Shown here: in pieces, positions 11,811 through 24,985 of the stretch
Position numbering within the stretch: the first letter of the stretch is position 1
Layout: every line of letters begins with the position of its first letter
Origin: Camelus ferus
Lineage: Eukaryota
DNA length: 64,000 bases
Assembly (NCBI RefSeq): GCF_009834535.1
Contig: NC_045697.1
Coordinates: 99,450,001 to 99,514,000, forward strand
Direction: 5' to 3'
The notes under the pieces: generated by a model
Seen by the model: only the letters and a program-made list of their open reading frames with translations
Told to the model about the DNA's origin: nothing
Database searches by the model: none
Position numbers and translations under genes: made by a program

Positions 11811-13569
11811 GAGTATCTAGGTCTAAATCATATACAGAAAGCCTTCATGTATTATTTTTTTTTAAAGGACAGACTACACTGTGCTGCATGGGTGTTGGGT
11901 GGGGAGAGAGATGGGTTCTCTAGGCAGAAAAAAAAGAGATAAGATGAATCCAAAACTGTACAGTGAGTTTACTCAGTTTTATTTTGTTTTCACACCAGGG
12001 TGCTACTAGAAAACCAAAAGTAAAATTGGGTGTACTTGAAAAAGCAATTGGCTATGTAATCACAGGATTTTTTTTTTAAATTAGTCAACACAGCTATTTC
12101 TAAATCCTAAATTCCATTTTAGCATTTGAAAATTATCTTTCTGGAGTGGAAAGTAGCAGAAGAGAACTACATCTCTGCTAAAGAGATTTTTTTTTCTTTG
12201 CTTCCTTTGTGGTAAAAGGGAAATTTCTGACAAGGATGCTAATAGAAGTTCTAAAAGCTCACACTGCCTGCATACAACAGGGCTCAGGGCCAATAATAAC
12301 AAGGAAATGTATTCCGCTAGTCCATATTCTTTCATTTCTCTTAATAGAATTTTCCTTCCCCCTCCATCTCAGGTCCCCCACCAAACTCTAAAAGGATTCT
12401 CTCACCTATTTTCCACCTCAACTCAATCCACCCCATCACATCAAACAGCCCAGCCTTGGACTCTAAAATACAGATGGGAGACAATCTTTCTTCCCTTCTT
12501 AGAGAAGAATGGTACCTCTCAGTGTGGACTGGAGCCTTTCACTGGTGTCAACTGGGGCCCTGGAGACAAAGATAAGCAGCCTGGAGGGGACAGATGGACC
12601 TCTTTCTGCCCAAATACACCAGACTCAATTAACCCCTTCAGCTCTGAGCAGTAAAAGCCACTGACTACAGTGACACCTACTGCTCGGGGCACAGCTGTAC
12701 AACCTGGTATCACCTATCAGGTTCTCAAAAGCACCCATTTGCACAACTGATGTGGACTCCACTGAACACATTTCTCTCTACTCTGGACTAACACCTCAAT
12801 GAGGATGCTTTCAGCCCTTCACTCTTGGGCTGGCCTCAGCACCTGTCACTCAGGACCTCCTCAGGGGCCAGGCATCCTCACCCTTGGGCATACAAACACT
12901 CCCATGGGTAAACTGACTCATTCGAGCAGTGATTCTACACAAGAGAGAGAGAAAACAGTGTTTGATAAAAGCCCATATCTTCTTCAGAACTACTACTAAG
13001 GTGAAATCACTTTTAGTAACAATCTTAATTTTGATACCTGCTAAAATTATCCTAGGAAAAATGAAACTTTTATCCAGTATCCATGGAGTTTTACTCTATA
13101 GAGAAAACTATGACAGTGAAGCACTAGTACAATAGAAGTATTTAGACACTCCACTTCTATAGTTTATATAATAGTATGTTAATCAGTCCACGTATCTTTT
13201 ACTCTGTGTGTTTAGTCAGATCCCAGAAATTTCTTCCCATTGAGAAAAAAATCGATTTAATTATGAAAGTTAATGTTATATTTTTCTGAAAGCATAGCAA
13301 AAATGACTTTATGTTAATTACAAAAATCTATAAGTCTTATGATTCTTTTTTTTCAGTAATGCCAAGAGACAATGTCACTAACAGAATCCATGATTTCTCC
13401 CAAAATAGGCACTAACTTTAAAACCATATTTAAGGTGCCAGGATCATTATAAAAGTCGTGGGTCAGGAAGTACAGCTCAATTCATTTTTGGCAAAAAAAA
13501 TCTAATGAGTCTTCACCAAGATAGGTACCCACTGAACAGAACACTAGTAATGCAGAAAATTCAAATGCC

Positions 13570-13785
13570 ACTCATCCTTAAGGATGTTCAAAATGCTTTG
13601 CAAAATATTCTGTTTTTTATTCCCAAACATCCCATTTGGAAAGTTAAGTTGTGATAGTCCCATTTCCTAAGTGGGAAACAGAAGAGTCTCCCAGCTTACC
13701 CAATGTCACAGAGCAAGCCAGGGGAGGTGCTGAGATAAGAACCAGCCTTTCCTGATTTCAAGGCCATGGGCTTAGCCACTGGGCC
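13570..13785 (-). mobile_element. MIR SINE (degenerate)
   Basis: 'cccatttcctaagtgggaaacagaag...cttacccaatgtcacagagcaag...gctgagataagaaccag'. Confidence 0.65.
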
Positions 13786-15149
13786 ACTAGTGCCAGGCAA
13801 TTCTCTGAATCACAGTGAGGTCTCTCTCATACTCTTATGGACATCTCACCCCTGTGTGTTAATTTCTGCTACTGTCTCAGAGTTGAGATGTCATTCTACT
13901 GACATTCTCCTTAAAGTTTCTTATCTTGTGATCTCATTTATTGAATGCTTTCACCAAACGGGTTAAGGAAGAAAAAATTAGTGTGAGGGAGGCTTGAGTA
14001 AAACCTACCAAAAACCCAGAAATGGTTCAAACATACATCACATGAAAGGCTACATTTACCCTCTACCTTCTCAACTGTCTAGCGTTTTAACACTAAATGG
14101 AGTATTTAGCGAGGATATTCTGAAAAGTAGTTGGAGAGACTCACCACTGAGATACAATCCACAAGGTGGAGCTGCTCTGGGGCATCTGGCTATGTGGTCT
14201 AATTATAACACAACAGAGAAAGTTTCACTCTTTTTCACAGAAGTTCACACTGGTAGAACACAAGCCCGTACTGCGCATGCACAGTAAAGCCCTGTGCCTA
14301 TGCTACGAATCACACAACCCCACATGTAGAAATCTGCTCTGTGAGGTAAGTGGTAGAAACGGCACCCGCAAATATCCCTCACACACCTCACGTGCTTTTT
14401 TATGAGAGTCTCCTTCCCGCCAAATATTCTTAAACCCACAACTGCTTCCCTTTAGTAGGGAAGTCAATGGTGATAAATTTGTCCCCATGATTCATTTCTT
14501 TCCCAGACACTGTTTCAACACGAACCCCAAATATCCAGCATTAAACTAATGGACATCACTTCTGAGTTGTAAACAGATAGCTGAAAACAGGCACCTAGGA
14601 CTCCCCTCGTGCAAAATGTGAAAGTTGTATCTTAGGAGATCAGTCGTGCAAGAAGCAGATGCACCTTTGAGGGGCTCCACGTTCTGCAGATGGTAACAGA
14701 AACTGTCGGCAATAACGATGAGTGTTCCTAGTTAGGGCTGGATGGACCACCTCAAATTCGGCCAGTCTGATGCTCTCCTCTCCAAAGAGGCCCTTCCAGT
14801 ATTCTTCACACAGCACCAACCTGGAGGTGGGGGGCACCTGTGACGGCTCCCCACCTCATCTCCCTCAGTGACTCACCTCTTCCCCTGGACTGCTCTTTTG
14901 GAACGTCTCACATCTGACTCCCATCCCCATCTAAATTCAGGTAACCCAGGCTAGAGGCACATCACTTCACACCTGTATGCAGGGACCACACTGCAGATCC
15001 TTGGGTTTCTCCTCTGGGCTATGTGGCTTTGATACGCTGCCGTTTGTCCTCACGAGCAACAGTGGTTTTTATTTATTTAATTGTTTCAGACCTAAAGAGA
15101 TTTGCCATAAATGGCTCCTACAATTCCATTTTTATAAACAAAGTAGAAC

Positions 15150-15237
15150 ACTAAAAATCATTCTTAGCCCACAGGCTGCATAAAAACAGGTGGTGGGGCT
15201 GTTTTGGGTCATGGGCCATAGTTTTGTGACTCCTAGA
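15150..15237. mobile_element. MER58-like hAT-Charlie DNA transposon fragment
   Basis: 'aaaatcattcttagcccacaggctgcataaaaacaggtggtgggg...tgggccatagttttgtgactcctag' matches the recalled MER58 end. Confidence 0.7.
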
Positions 15238-15874
15238 ATTTACACCAAGTGGTTAAAACTGTGGTTAGGTTGAGGGAACAGGCAGGAGAGCAAAATGTTA
15301 AGTGCTTTTTTTTCACTTTTTCATTAAGACATTTCTATATTATTTACCTTTTTATTACAAGCATGTACTACTTTTATGATTTGAAAAACAATAATGGAAG
15401 ATGTGATGTGATTGAAAGACTTCTTCAGAGCTTTCAAGTTCCTCCATATCCTTCTTACTTAACTTTAATTTCCATCACTATCCTCTGCATCTCTTCGTTA
15501 TTTGCCTAAAACCCTATGCCCCCCTCCTATTTTCATGCCTTTGCTGCCTGGAAACATCATAGTCACATTTCAAGGCTTACTTCCTAGTCTTAACTTCCTC
15601 TTTTAAGAATTCCATACTGAAGATAGTACAGGGAAAAACTCAGTTCCCCGATCATCACTCGTCAGTTAATTTAGTGTGTGTTTGTCTTGTCTCCTAATTA
15701 GTCCATGAGTTCCCCACAGGCAGGGACCACCTTGGAAACTTCAGTGTCCTTGTAACACCAACCAATAAGGAATCTCCACCTGGGTGTTCAACAAACACTT
15801 GACAGCTTTTTCGTCACCCTATGCTAAAATACAACTATAGAATATCTAATAAATACTCTAGGATCAGTGGGCAG

Positions 15875-16110
15875 AAGTTAGAAAGATAGAAATTTGGCTT
15901 GATGTATGAAAACATTATTTTTTAACTTTTAAATCTGTCCAAAAATAAAATACACTGCCTCTTGAAATAACAAATTTCCTGACACTAAAAAGTATTCAAA
16001 ACACAAGTGTGTGACCATCTGTCAGGGATTCTGTAGAAGGAATTCCTGTATTATTTAGGTCAGACCACATGGGCTCTCAAGTCCCTTCTCACTCAAGAAT
16101 TTGTTATTCT
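15875..16110 (+). mobile_element. L3/CR1 LINE 3' fragment
   Basis: 'ctgcctcttgaaataacaaatttcctgacactaaaaagtattcaaa...gaccatctgtcagggat...ctctcaagtcccttctcactc'. Confidence 0.7.
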
Positions 16111-16751
16111 TACTGACATTATGCCTCTACCCCAAATATCTCATTTATTTGTTAAAAGTGAGTGATTTAAAGTAACAGGGGTGACAAGTTCACAACTCAG
16201 ATCATCAAAAATTCTACTTTGCATTTGTTGCTATTCTGTGGGTATACTGTGTGGGTATAATTGGTTTGTTTTAAGCAGGCTTAGTATTTTTCTTGATAAT
16301 CACCAACAGTAATGTGAAAGACCCCAGAGCAGTGAGAATATTTGCCCCTTGTTTTAGATAGCTCCCCTGGGGGTGGCTTTCTTATTGTTTTTGCTTACCC
16401 ATTTATTCGCTTACTCTTTTTTATAAAGGTTGTTGGGTTGCTGTCATTAATCAGCTGTCTGAATGACAACATGTAAATCATAGTCAGACCTATATTTTGC
16501 TTATCCTGCATCTAACTTTCTAGATCCTTTAGAATTCTGGGAAAATCCCAGATTTAAAACGAACTTAGAAACCTATATCCTACCACCTCTCTGGAGGTAA
16601 AAATGTAACCTCTGAGCACTCCTCTGTATTAACCAAAGTTCCAAAATGACGTGTCCTGAGTTCTTTCGGCCAGTTCCTACTGAACACCCTGGGCCAGGCA
16701 GTGCGCTAAGTCCTGGGGACAGACTCTAACCCCAAGGACTCACACACTCAC

Positions 16752-16841
16752 CAAGAAAGGCCAGGGAGATGTGAAAAAGGAAAGACATACATTGACTGGT
16801 TTTCAGTGTCTTTAAAAGACCAACCTTTATTATTCAAAAAC
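16752..16841 (-). other. Candidate internal exon (90 nt)
   Basis: Acceptor 'ttctctctcctgtcaccagttctccatttccag|', donor 'TTG|GTGAGT'; one frame open (FLNNKGWSFKDTENQSMYVFPFSHLPGLS), no recognised protein. Confidence 0.4.
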
Positions 16842-17314
16842 CTGGAAATGGAGAACTGGTGACAGGAGAGAGAATGGAGGAGCAAGAAAGGCACGTGAGA
16901 GGAAGAAAAGGAAAGAACGAGAATCAGCTGCAGCAACAGGCCACGTGGCATTAGAGGTAAGGACAGCGAGCAGCAGACGCTGACTGAGAGGAGAGGGGGA
17001 GCCAAGATGCTACCTGGTGGTTAATACCGAACCTTCCAGAAATCACCAGGGCACCTATTTCATGTATACACAGCCCGCAGCTCCACATCAACCCTGCCCT
17101 ACGGTGTTCACTTTAGCAAACCAACTGGTGTTCAGAATCAGGGATAATCTTTCTAAACTTCCGTTTCCCAAGTACTCTCTAAGAGTGTCCTGACAGAAGT
17201 TCTAAAAAGCTGGGGACAATGAGCACATCTTCAGCTGATGTTCGTTTTCTTTTCAAAGTCTCCTTGAGTCATTAAGATTCAATCATGTTCTGGCCATAAA
17301 AACAAAATCAGGGA

Positions 17315-17510
17315 GTAATATTAAGAGCTTACAATATTAACTGCTTACTGTGTGCAGGCACGAAGCCCTATTACATAGAACCCATAGTTTAGAGGGAGAA
17401 ACTGAGGATTAGAGAGGTTAGAAACTTGCCCAGCATCGTAAGGCTAGTGAAGAACAGAGCCAGGATTTAAACCTAAGTGGTCTAACTCCAAATCCAGGGC
17501 TCTCAAGCAC
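17315..17510 (-). mobile_element. MIR SINE
   Basis: 'gcttactgtgtgcaggcac...gagaaactgaggattagagaggttagaaacttgccc...agagccaggatttaaacctaag'. Confidence 0.85.
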
Positions 17511-18361
17511 AGAGTTAGAATGTGGTAAAATACCCTCTTGGCTTGCCTTCGCACCTTCAGGTCATGCAGGAGCTATTTAATGTTTGAACTTCAGAGAATG
17601 AGACGGTAAAAATTTACTTAACTTGTTAATAAAAGTTTGACTAAAACGTTCTTCTCCTTAGAAACAATGAACAGTATATATATGCAAATCTTAAAACAGT
17701 TTATCTCTCAATGAGTTACTCTTCCTATAATAAACTTTGTTTACCCCCTCAAAAAAACCAAAAACCTATGTTGAATAAAAGTGGCAACATTTGGGGAAAA
17801 AAATTTTTTTAAAGTTCTCTTAAAAAAAAAAAAAAAAGCAAAACCCACAATTAATAAAGACCATGTCCTAGGAATCCAAAACAAAATTTGCCCCCAAAGA
17901 CTGACACAGACTCCAGGGACTATTTATTAGAGGCTTTTTTCCCTAAATTATAGGAAAAGCAAAAATCAGCCAGTTTATTGACATTAAAAAAAGATGTCTA
18001 AGGAACAGACTTCTTGGTCAGCAAAAAAGATAACACTTCATCTTTAAGAAAAATATGGTATTCTACATAGTTGAATTATCCAGACAGTGAAGTTTAGTCA
18101 CTGAAGTAAAAGCCATTTTGATGGAAATCTTTTTAAAACATGACGTACTTATGTTCACATATTCTTAAACAGAAAATATCATTTTCTTGATGATTTATTA
18201 CAGGATCATCATTATGAATATTATTAGTAAGAACAGGCTGCTATACAATTACCTTCGAGGGGGTGGGTGGGGGCAGTGTTAAACTCGGTAGAGCTCTCTG
18301 ATCTTGCATTAGACCACTGGGTGACCCCAAACTGCCGTGTCTTCCAGGTCTCCAAGTCTGC

Positions 18362-18451
18362 CTTTTTTTCTTTTAAGAGGTAGTAGGGATTGAACCCAGG
18401 ACCTCGAGCATGCTAAGCACATGCCCTACCCCTGAGCTACACCCACTCGTC
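18362..18451 (-). mobile_element. tRNA-derived SINE (camelid-type) with 10-bp TSD
   Basis: Reverse complement carries A-box and B-box-like (GGTTCAATCCC) motifs and an A-rich tail; identical TSD ccaagtctgc at 18352-18361 and 18452-18461. Confidence 0.9.
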
Positions 18452-21400
18452 CCAAGTCTGCTTTTCATATTCCCTTTTTTCTTACGCTGTACTTCTTGCT
18501 TTCAGGCTGCGTCTAGTGTGCTCTCTTCTTTACACACGATCGGCTTGCTGAGGACCTCACGGAGGCTCCCTACCCTCTCCAGGGTTGATTATGAAAGCTT
18601 TACCCCAACTACCTCTCCCTGGGCTTTTTACTTATAATGTTTATTTATTTTTTTTAACTCACTTCCCGGTTCCAGATGTTGAGGTTGATGGAAGCCTAAC
18701 CTCCAATTAAATGTAGGGTTACTCTAATTTTTTCTTTTAAAAAATATCTTTCTTGAAAACCAGAGTGTGGATTTCTGGAGAAGTTTTATTTTATTCATCT
18801 GAGAAATCAGGACCATACCCTTGTAAAATTAAATATCAACATACAACAGAACAGGAAGGGGAAAAAAGTATGATTCTTTAAAAAAGTAAAATAGAATGTT
18901 GTTTTCCCTTAAACACATCATTTGGTTTTGGTGATAGTCCCTCGAGCTTAGAGTATTTTTTAATTAAAAATTTAAGTTACTTTGGTAAGAAAAAAATCCT
19001 AATATTTGATGTAATTCTTTCATCATTCCTACTTGATTTTGGTCAATGGATGGACAGCTAGATATCTGACATGAAATGGATGGTTATGTGTAAATATACC
19101 TGGCATTACTGTTACTATATATGTTCATAGCATCTGTATTCTGCCTGTCTCAGTTATGTTATTTCATGTTTCCATTTTTCAACATCGTGCTCCCAAGAAG
19201 GCTACGTCTTATATGTAAAATGCTGGTTATATCATCTGTTCCTCTCTGAATACTGACACTAGGACTCAGATGAAGGCTGCTGTTCTCTCTGATTTCATGT
19301 ACCGCCTAGAAATTCTAAATGGAGAGCAGAATCCGAGTTCAGTGCTTTCTAGAACAATTCCCTCTATTTCTACTTGAAGTTTGTTTTCATTTTTTTAAAT
19401 TGGTCTAAAAGTAGTTGGATACGACAAAGAAACAGCTGTCATTATTTTATCCAAAGCTTTCAGGGTGACTTTAAGCTTGGAAGTAAAAAAAAAAAACACC
19501 TTTCTTATCCGCTGCAATATCCTGGCATATTCACGGGAACACAGTAGGTAGTGGGTAAGCACAGTCACAGGGGTAAGTCAGGAACACAGCAAACACTTTC
19601 TAAAGAAATGACGGTGGCAGAGGGGTTCCTTTCCCTGAAGGAAATCACTTTCCCCTACTGGATAGCGTACTTATGGATGGAGAAGGTTTTGACATCTGGT
19701 AACGCACAGTTCCTAAGGAATGTGCTTTAGGAGCATTTAGTGCTGGGAGATGTAGGTCAAAGGAGCACAGAAGTGCTCTGACATTCTCATTATCTGACTA
19801 TTAAGGAAATAAAATAAATCCTCATTATAAAATAAATGCATAAAGAAATGGGTGACTGATCAATAAAGGGAATACTGAGTGTGAACCAGAAGCCAATCTG
19901 ATATAGGTCAGATTTTATAAATCTGTATTGGTATATTCCCCACTGAAGGGAGCCAAATGTTATAAGGAAGGCTGGGGTAAAAATTAACCTTAGTGATTTG
20001 AAAAGTGTCTGTAAGAGTTAAAGACCAGGCTTAGAGATAAGAAAAAAAAAAAGGATTCGTTAGTTTTATAGAAATTGTTAGGGTTTCCGTAGCATTGCAA
20101 TGGCAAAATCAAATATGCATCTTAGGTTTAAATCCTGGCTCTGTTCTTCACTAGCATTTAAAACATAGACAAAAATGTTTTTTTCCAACAAAATAGTTAC
20201 TACGTTTAGAACTCAAAAGCTCATTAATTTTTGATATATGATGTAATCTATGAAGCAATTTCAATTTTTATTTGTATTAATAAAGATCTGGAAAAGTCTA
20301 CCTGGGATTTACAAGGGCATCCAAAAAAGGGACAGTAAAGCCATTAGAAGTCACAGACATCATTAGCACAAGCCTGAAATCAAAGTAAAAACTGTGAACC
20401 AAGATGGGTAACTTAACCCTCATACCCTGCCTCTGCTACAGCTTAGTAACACAGATCCTAGGAAACAGTCTGAAGATTTCTTTGGACAGAGCATTAGATC
20501 AGTGCTAACACGGCCAGTCACAGCCAACACATAGAAAGCCATTACAAAGACACATACTAAATTAAAAGGAAAATTAAAGTCCTGCTTATTATATAGATTT
20601 CCCCTACAGAGAGTGTCAGATCCTACATTAATGTTATAAAACAGTTTTTGAATAGCCATTGCCTACCTAAAATATCACTGTATAAATGATATTCTGGCAT
20701 TCTTAAAGATTCCAGAATCTATTTAAATACAGGTACTGAATATCTTGTATTGTTCACAGAGAAGTAAAAGGCTTGACCTATTCTTAATTACAGTATTAAT
20801 GCGATGATCAGCATGATCATGTGTAAACAGAAATCTAACTACACATGCCACTGGATTTCTGCCGAGGGTCCAGGTTCTAGCTGAAATTCAATGATACCAG
20901 TAGAGAGTAATCAGCTCAGCTAAATAAGCAGGGAGAATAAGCAACTGTGGTCCCAGAAGTTTTTGTTTTTATTCCAAGTTATCAAGGAATATGATGGCTC
21001 AGATTTCGAATCATTAGTGGTGACAATAAAGCATGTGTATCTGATGTGGATTTCTACGTGGCACTCCCATGCAGAGGGGTATGAGATGGATTTTCAAAGC
21101 TCTACTCATTTCCCCTTTTTTTCCCCTACTCTCTCAGCCACCAGCACCAAACCCTAGAGCCATATTTCATTTGGTGAACACCCTGGGAACAGTCATCACT
21201 TTTTCCCAGAATTGGACTCAAAAGAAAACACCATCCCTAAGTAAGTTAAACAGTTCAATGCACCAAGGAGATTTATCATAGAGAGAGATCTGCCTAATGA
21301 AAGTAATCCCCTAACCGTGACACGGAAGACTGCATTCTCTTTCTAGTTAAAAAACATACTGCCTCTGACACAGGAAGCAGACAGCACTCAGGCACCATTA

Positions 21401-21676
21401 AGATTAGCAAGAAACAAAATGCTGCTCTTAGAAGGTCTGGTATGAAAGAATCGTGAACAATGTCTGTAATCAAAACAATGATCAACGTGCACCATGATGC
21501 AAGAGTTACAATATGTTGATTCAAGGAAAGTAACAAGACCAAGTTTATACCCAGTTACTGAAATTCAACTTTCGCCAGCAATGTTTGCCAACATAGATCT
21601 ATCTGCCTCCTATTTAATGAAAAATTTAAAAATCTGATGTTCAGAATGGAATGGTCTTCACGAGGAAGGCGGTTAC

Positions 21677-21756
21677 CTCTTTCTTCACAAATGGTCACCT
21701 TAGTCCACGGCTTGTTACTTAAGACTTTATTTGGTGTTGGCAGAAATTGCCACTAA
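21677..21756 (-). other. Candidate non-coding exon (80 nt)
   Basis: Strong acceptor 'ccttctcttcttcgttccttttgccag|', donor 'GAG|GTAACC'; stops in all three frames. Confidence 0.5.
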
Positions 21757-22174
21757 CTGGCAAAAGGAACGAAGAAGAGAAGGACAATATGGTGCCTGTA
21801 TATTGCAACCGCCACAGAGCCCAGTGTTTTGACATTGTTACAGAAACAAACTCAACTATTTATGAGAGCTAAGTTGAATCAAACAGTTGGTGTGGCAGAA
21901 AAAAACATCTGTGAAGTCTTTTTGTCTAGAAAGTCACTGAGAAAAGGAGGAGGAAGCACAGCAATCACACAAACACAAATACTTTCAAAAAATCATAAAT
22001 AGCACTGTCAAGGGGGAACAGACACCTCCCCCACCATTGTAACACCACCCAGCAGATGTGGCTACCCAGGAGTCTCTGGCAATGCATCACTGTGGACAGC
22101 TAGCTCTTCTGGAGGGTGGAAAGTTCCCTCTTTACACACAAAACGGGCTTTTTAAAATTTATTATTTTGAATAT

Positions 22175-22277
22175 AATATCCTTCTGACTCAGATACTCTT
22201 GGGATGGGGCCAAGCGATATGTGTTTCAACAAGCCCTCCAGGTGAGTTTGACCCAACCTAGGGTTTAAAGACCAGTG
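22175..22277. mobile_element. MER5-like hAT-Charlie fragment
   Basis: 'ctgactcagatactcttgggatggggcc...tgtttcaacaagccctccaggtgag...gtttaaagaccagtg'. Confidence 0.75.
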
Positions 22278-22779
22278 TTATCCACTAAATGGCTCTGAAA
22301 GTCTGTGCTCCTAGTGTTTTCTGTCTGCTTTCAATGGGTTTTCCTTCTATTTGCTATTGAGTTATTACTTTTATCTGCCCACCAGTGGATCTACCTCTAT
22401 TCCTTCTTCTCCTTTCCAATTTGCTCCTTTCCAGTTTTTTCTAATGTGCTACAGCCTTAGAAATCAGTTGTCACAGTTGTTAAAAATCATGTGTAAAATA
22501 CAAATATGTACAAATGAAATGAAGCAAGAACTGCATGAGAAGTGGGCAAGCATCCTATGAGGGAAGTGCATAGTTTTCCGACAAAGATTTTCAGTATCTA
22601 TTTTGGCTATCTGTTTTTTCTGCTTACTTTCTTAATTGTGCAATATTTACTTGTTTTAATCCCTAATCAGTATTGGAAGGTCACTGAATAACTGAGTTCC
22701 AGTAGCTAAAATGTGTCTGCGGTTTATAAGTGAGTCACTGCAACATTCATCTTAGTATTTTTAACATAAGTGTTATCAC

Positions 22780-22990
22780 TACCATTCATTAAATATTTGC
22801 TCTGTGCCAGACACTGTGCTCTAAGTATTTTACATATATTGTTTACTTCGATCCACACAAGAAGAAGTAAGGTATTATTATCCCCATTCTACATGAGGAA
22901 ACAAGTGGCACAGAGCTATTCAAACTTACATATGATCACAAGGTTATTAAGAAGCAAGCCAGAACTCAGGTTAGCCAGATTCCAAAGCTG
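22780..22990 (-). mobile_element. MIR SINE
   Basis: 'ctctgtgccagacactgtgctctaagtattttacatat...tattattatccccattctacatgaggaaac'. Confidence 0.85.
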
Positions 22991-24845
22991 CCTTTTTCCT
23001 TTTTTTTTCCTTCTTCTTCTTTTTTCTTTTTTTTTCTTTTCAATACCAATGGGCTGTGTAGCAAAGAGACAGCCAAGGGTGAACTCAAAACTTAGAAGAA
23101 GGGTGGGGGTGGGGAGGAATCTAAAGAGTGGGACAAGACTGTGATAAATGGTCGATATTCAGAAAAGGAATAGATGCGTCCTTCCTAGGAAAGAATCAAG
23201 AAAGACAAATGATTCAAGTCATGTCATTCTCTCTGCAAAGTTAAAACCTGCCAGTGTCCACGGTAAGAGAGGATTCCCCACTTCCTGCCAGGGACTCACT
23301 GTGGGGTGCTGTCAGCATTTTCTCTGCTTCCTGTGTGAAGCCGACCCACATCTGGGATGGCCTTAAAGGACTTCCTGATCTATTTCCCACAGGGTTCCAA
23401 CTTCCCTTTTATACTCTACTTTGGGGCCCTTACAGTTATTATTTAAGCTTGTTTAAAGCATCCATAATCTTTATATTCATAAACATCATGAGGTCGGAAT
23501 CTTCTGGCAGATGGCAGAGATACTATAACTGATAATAATTGACCATCTAGAATTCTATAAATTGAAATATCCTCTCTTTACTTCTTACTTTGTTTGCTTA
23601 CTTGCTTTTCTTAAAAAGTAAAAGGAAAGGGACTCCATGTTCTCTGTTAGCCTAAGATTTCACTAACCATACATTAGCATTATGAAGCGATGGTCAGCGC
23701 TCTCTAAAATATTTCATGTACAAACAGATGCTATGGGCACGTTGAAAAGAGAGATCCCTTAAGAATGCGTGTCATGAAGGATCAAGGCAGGCTGTGTGCT
23801 CCTCTCTTCTCCCTCCTTAGAGCTGCTGGGAAAACTCTATTTCTTACTGAAGAAATCAGAAGCAAACTTCTTATTTCATCAACTGGATTGTAATCCATAT
23901 TTAATCACATAAATGAGTCTCTCCTGCTTTCTAAATTTCAAACAATCCCCTTTGATTTGATTCTTTGAAGAAACTGATCCTTAAGGAGGTATTTCAAGAA
24001 AAAAAAAATGCGTCTTCCAAAGTACCTAGAGGAGTGATCAAATTGAGGGGGAACCATCTAATTGTTTCATAAGTGAGATATTGTCACATTCTGATTTAAT
24101 ACTCATGCCAGAGGACACGTAAGAAATGCGTTACAAGCCTTGTGTGTTTTGATGAGGAAGACATAAGACAAAATGTAAGGGGAACACAATCTTATAGAAA
24201 GTTTAGCGAATTGGCAGTGTCTCAAAGTGCTCTATCAAAGGCTTTTGCTATTGCTGTACATGTTTCTGTTGTTTGTGATTGGGCTAGAGGTGGCTTTTTG
24301 CCATTCTTCACCTCAAGAACTAGTTTGTCTAGATGAGTGGGGAGAGGTAGAGAGTACGCATTGGGCTTGGGCCCTCTGGTTCTTGGCAGATCAGTAAAGA
24401 AGAAGACATGGGCCCTTCTGACACAGCTGTGGCCTGATCCTCTGTGGAAGCCAGTGTTTCACAGTATCGTGTACTGATCAGCTCAGGCTGTCCAACGGAC
24501 GCACACACCTTCCTCCTCTATCTCCTTATCACAAAAACAATCGCTTCCTTTCTCATGACCCTCATCCCTCCTTATGTTACCCAAAACAAGAGAACAACAA
24601 CTATGCCCTCATATTAAAGTGGGAGACTTTACTCTTTAAAGCTCTCTTCTAATTACCAGAAGGTTTTCTCGAGGCTCTTTTCAAACTGCTGGAAGGCTCC
24701 AACCACTCCAAACTTCCCATCTCCTAAAACTGAAAATTCTTTCACCCAAATCAACAAATGTTTACATCACAGGAATCACGTTTTTCAGACCACCATTCTG
24801 TCTGGATTGAGGCGGTCTCTTTCACTGACATGTAAAGATACTTAC

Positions 24846-24985
24846 AGGGCAGAACTCATCATCCCTGAAGGCATCTCCACCATTAAATACCAAATCTTCA
24901 AAACGAAGCAGAAGTAAAAGACTTGTTTTTCTATAGAGGATTTGCCAGCAAAATCCAACAGCCACTTTGTGACGGGTATATATAT
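24846..24985 (-). promoter_or_regulatory. Candidate TATA-containing first exon with short coding start (MVEMPSGMMSSA..., ATG at 24883)
   Basis: TATA-like ATATATATA at ~24977-24984, consensus donor CCT|GTAAGT at 24845, in-frame ATGs. Confidence 0.35.

Noticed and set aside
18362..18451. Possible tRNA gene
   Set aside because: TSDs, an A-rich tail and a degenerate cloverleaf indicate a SINE
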